A stretch of DNA of 64,000 bases from Catajapyx aquilonaris (taxonomy: Eukaryota): the NCBI GenBank assembly GCA_000934665.2, contig KZ538019.1, forward strand, positions 62,001 to 126,000, given 5' to 3'. Below the pieces are notes generated by a model. That model was not told the origin of the DNA. It saw nothing but the letters and a program-made list of their open reading frames with translations, and searched no databases. Shown piece by piece: positions 61,225 through 64,000 of this stretch. Made by a program: the position numbers and the translations under genes. Position 1 is the first letter of the stretch, and each line of letters starts with the position of its first letter.

Positions 61225-64000
61225 CTGAAAGTACATGGAAAACACACTGTCATGAAAAGTTTTCAGCATTAATCCGACTAGAACTTTGCAAATTTTCTAC
61301 GACCAAGCTCTGGCCATTTTTAGATATATTCAAATTCGCCATCTCCATGACAAAAGTGAAACACTCATTGAAAGCTAATCTTCCATTCCTAAAAACCCAC
61401 AGCGCTCTGTGTAAAAAAGCGGGCAGCTCAAATTCCACTTAGAATTCATTAGTACTGCGGATCAGTAAATACTGGCTTATTTGCAAATGTTTTTGCGCTT
61501 TCGTACATTTCAATCCTCATTTGGCTTTCATCTTCTACATGGGACCAGATATATTACGGACCAGTTCAGCCAAGTGCTTATTAGTCCCAAGTAATTGGAG
61601 CAAGTAATTGGCGTCAAGGAGGAAGCGAGAATATGCAAATGTGTTGCCAACCTTTAAAGTGAAGCTGTATCAAACATCATATTTGATTAAAGGACATCAT
61701 TTGCGTTGCTCTTACCGCGTGCTGGTAATGCTCTCACTGCAAAATTGATAAACATATTAACCAGTTTGATTGCTAATTACGCGCGCCTTAAATGAAATGG
61801 GATGTAAAGCTCAACAATTAATTTTGCATTAACGCTCTTTCAAGTGGTATAAATGTATTACAAGGTAGGAGTGCTACCCGTGTCATGTTTTAAGCCTTTT
61901 TATGGGTTTAACGTTACCCGATAATTTATTATACTGAAACATTCTAAAGAATGATTTTGAGTTAAATTTTGAACCACATTTAAGTAGGTATATTTTGCAC
62001 ACGTGAATTTCGTGTTGAAACAGCTTTCATCACACTGCGGAATCACCTGCTTTCTTGACTTACTCGTTAAACATTTTATGCCCCCAATTTTACTGCCAGT
62101 TGAAGGTAAACATCCACTCACTAGTACGGGCTACAATATACACTAAAACCGGAGTCTATCCGCGTTCCATAACTCTTTACACACCAACCGACCGCCTCTT
62201 GCTGGGCTAGACAGCATGATAACGATAGGTTGCAAATTTGTTTTCTTCTCTGCGGATATTGCAGCGGGGCGTTGCATAGAAATTCTCCATCGATCGTTGG
62301 TTGGACCTAGGACTAGGAAAAGGATCCCAGCCCACCTCATTTCCCGACTTGCGATCAAGGCAGCACCACCAGAAGCAAAACCGGGGTTTATCCTGGCATC
62401 ATTCCCACCTGGACCCAAATTGGATAACTTTTTTTTCCACCCTGTTTTCTTCCTCCACACATTTTTTTTGAGCTGAGAAAAATGCGGCTCCGTTTTTCTA
62501 TGCTTTTATTTGCAAGTGGTGTGTAACTGCTTGGTGCTTTGGATTCAGCCAATGTTGCGTAGCACTGCTGGCGAACATCCTAACCACGTTATTGCAGGCG
62601 TGACTTCACAGTTCCATGCCCTTGCTATGTGTTCCTGACAGGATTATTCGGCTGATTCAATTTGTTTTGTGGGGGGAACCTATAGTCTTCAAACCGGCTT
62701 CTCGCTTGGTCTTATCAGATTTCATAGTACACCATCCTTCACGGAGAGGTCTGGCCATATTTTGAGGGTGAGTGTCCCAAAATAAACAGGGTTGCATAAA
62801 AATGCAATTACGTACAAAGCTGGTTGCATGACGCTGCTCAAGTGTTGACGAAGGTAACATTTTATAGAGTGACCTTTTGCCACAGGTATTTATGGCGGAT
62901 CATTACGCTCATGCCCTACGTAATAAACTGTGCAAGTTGTGAGTGAGTCGAAGCAGAGAGTGACATTTCGATGGCTATTGATTGACTCTAGTAAGCCGAA
63001 TGAAACGCCAGCTATTTGAGGAATGTTTGTAATACTGAGCTGCACTCTCATTGCTACTACTTTTTGTCGCAAATTGTCAATATTATTAGTAAAATGGCAT
63101 ATGGTTATATTAATTTGTGAAAATTTGTTAAGAGTACTATTTGTAATGCTTTATAATGTATTTTAAAGGCTCGAGGCCCCTGATACAACCTGTTAGTTTA
63201 AATTGTTAAAAATCAATACCATTCGTATAACAAATTTATAACGATTCATATTATATATCACATTTTATTATAATATTAATGCGCGATTAATATACATAAA
63301 ATTATTTTAAATGTACAAATTATGAAATCCTCTACAGTAATTCGTCCCCATCATGTCGTGCCTGTATAAAATTTGGGAAGGAGCAGCATACGCCATCTAC
63401 AGATTTTCTTTCCAATTTTTCTTCGCCTCCGTCATGTCGTGCCGGTATTTGCTGGCTTTTGAGTTAGTACTTTTCTAAAACAGCATTGATTATGCCGTTA
63501 CAGAGCATACATCGCAAAAAAAATTCGCCAACAAATTCAGTATTGGAATGCCCCCAGAGACACGCCCACTTTCGCCTCCGCAACCGTCCTGGCGTGACAA
63601 ACGCAACGCGGAAATTAAAATTCCAGGCTGAGTAATTACCACCGATTGAACACGGGGCCTAATTTAATGGTTGGAAGGCAGGGGAAGGGTGCGAATCTTT
63701 TGTGTTGTGCTATCTGATATGCCAGGTGGGAATCGCAATAGGAATCTCTCGCAAATGAGGTGTTAGATCACTCCGACTCGCTGACAGAAGGATTTGAGCG
63801 TCATCTAAAAAAAACGGTCCAAAAGATGAGGACTTTGTGTCAGGGGTGATGGAAGGCTTTTTGTCACCCATCACCTGCCCAACCGTTCGTAAAATTTTTG
63901 GGGCCTTCGCAGATCGATTGTTTAATTACGAGCGGCTTGGTACTTTGTATGCCAAACGGTTTGGGTCGTTATTTTGGGCAATTATAAATTGCGCTGTCAG

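Overview
Eukaryotic, intron-containing animal DNA, not prokaryotic. It is inferred to be from an invertebrate, plausibly an arthropod, because of ~70-120 nt minimal introns, mosaic CpG depletion, piggyBac/Tc1-type MITEs and an intron-split HRH1. Five protein-coding genes can be built by hand with GT-AG junctions in phase: (1) a 9-exon PLK2/PLK3-like polo kinase (+, 2853-26679, 689 aa) with 11 kb and 7 kb first introns; (2) SMG9 (-, 28746-29936, essentially one exon), head-to-head with (3) GRIPAP1/GRASP-1 (+, 8 exons, 30510-35428, 733 aa); (4) a HES/hairy-E(spl) bHLH-Orange-WRPW repressor (-, 3 coding exons, 37351-40747, 213 aa); (5) the 3' part (TM3-TM7) of a histamine H1-type GPCR (-, 59604-61224; 5' exons not found). 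An ~18 kb non-coding interval separates HES and the GPCR. Best leads: an H1 receptor with an intact histamine pocket in an invertebrate-type genome; a 60-nt in-frame GT-AG segment in the HES loop at the ancestral intron position; a PLK2/3-like kinase with Val at the PLK1 Cys67 position; a long antisense frame with one internal TGA in PLK intron 1; and a dispersed ~75-bp repeat carrying NRF1/CCAAT/CTCF-like motifs. No CRISPR, rRNA or intact tRNA was seen. Family assignments come from remembered sequence motifs, not database searches.
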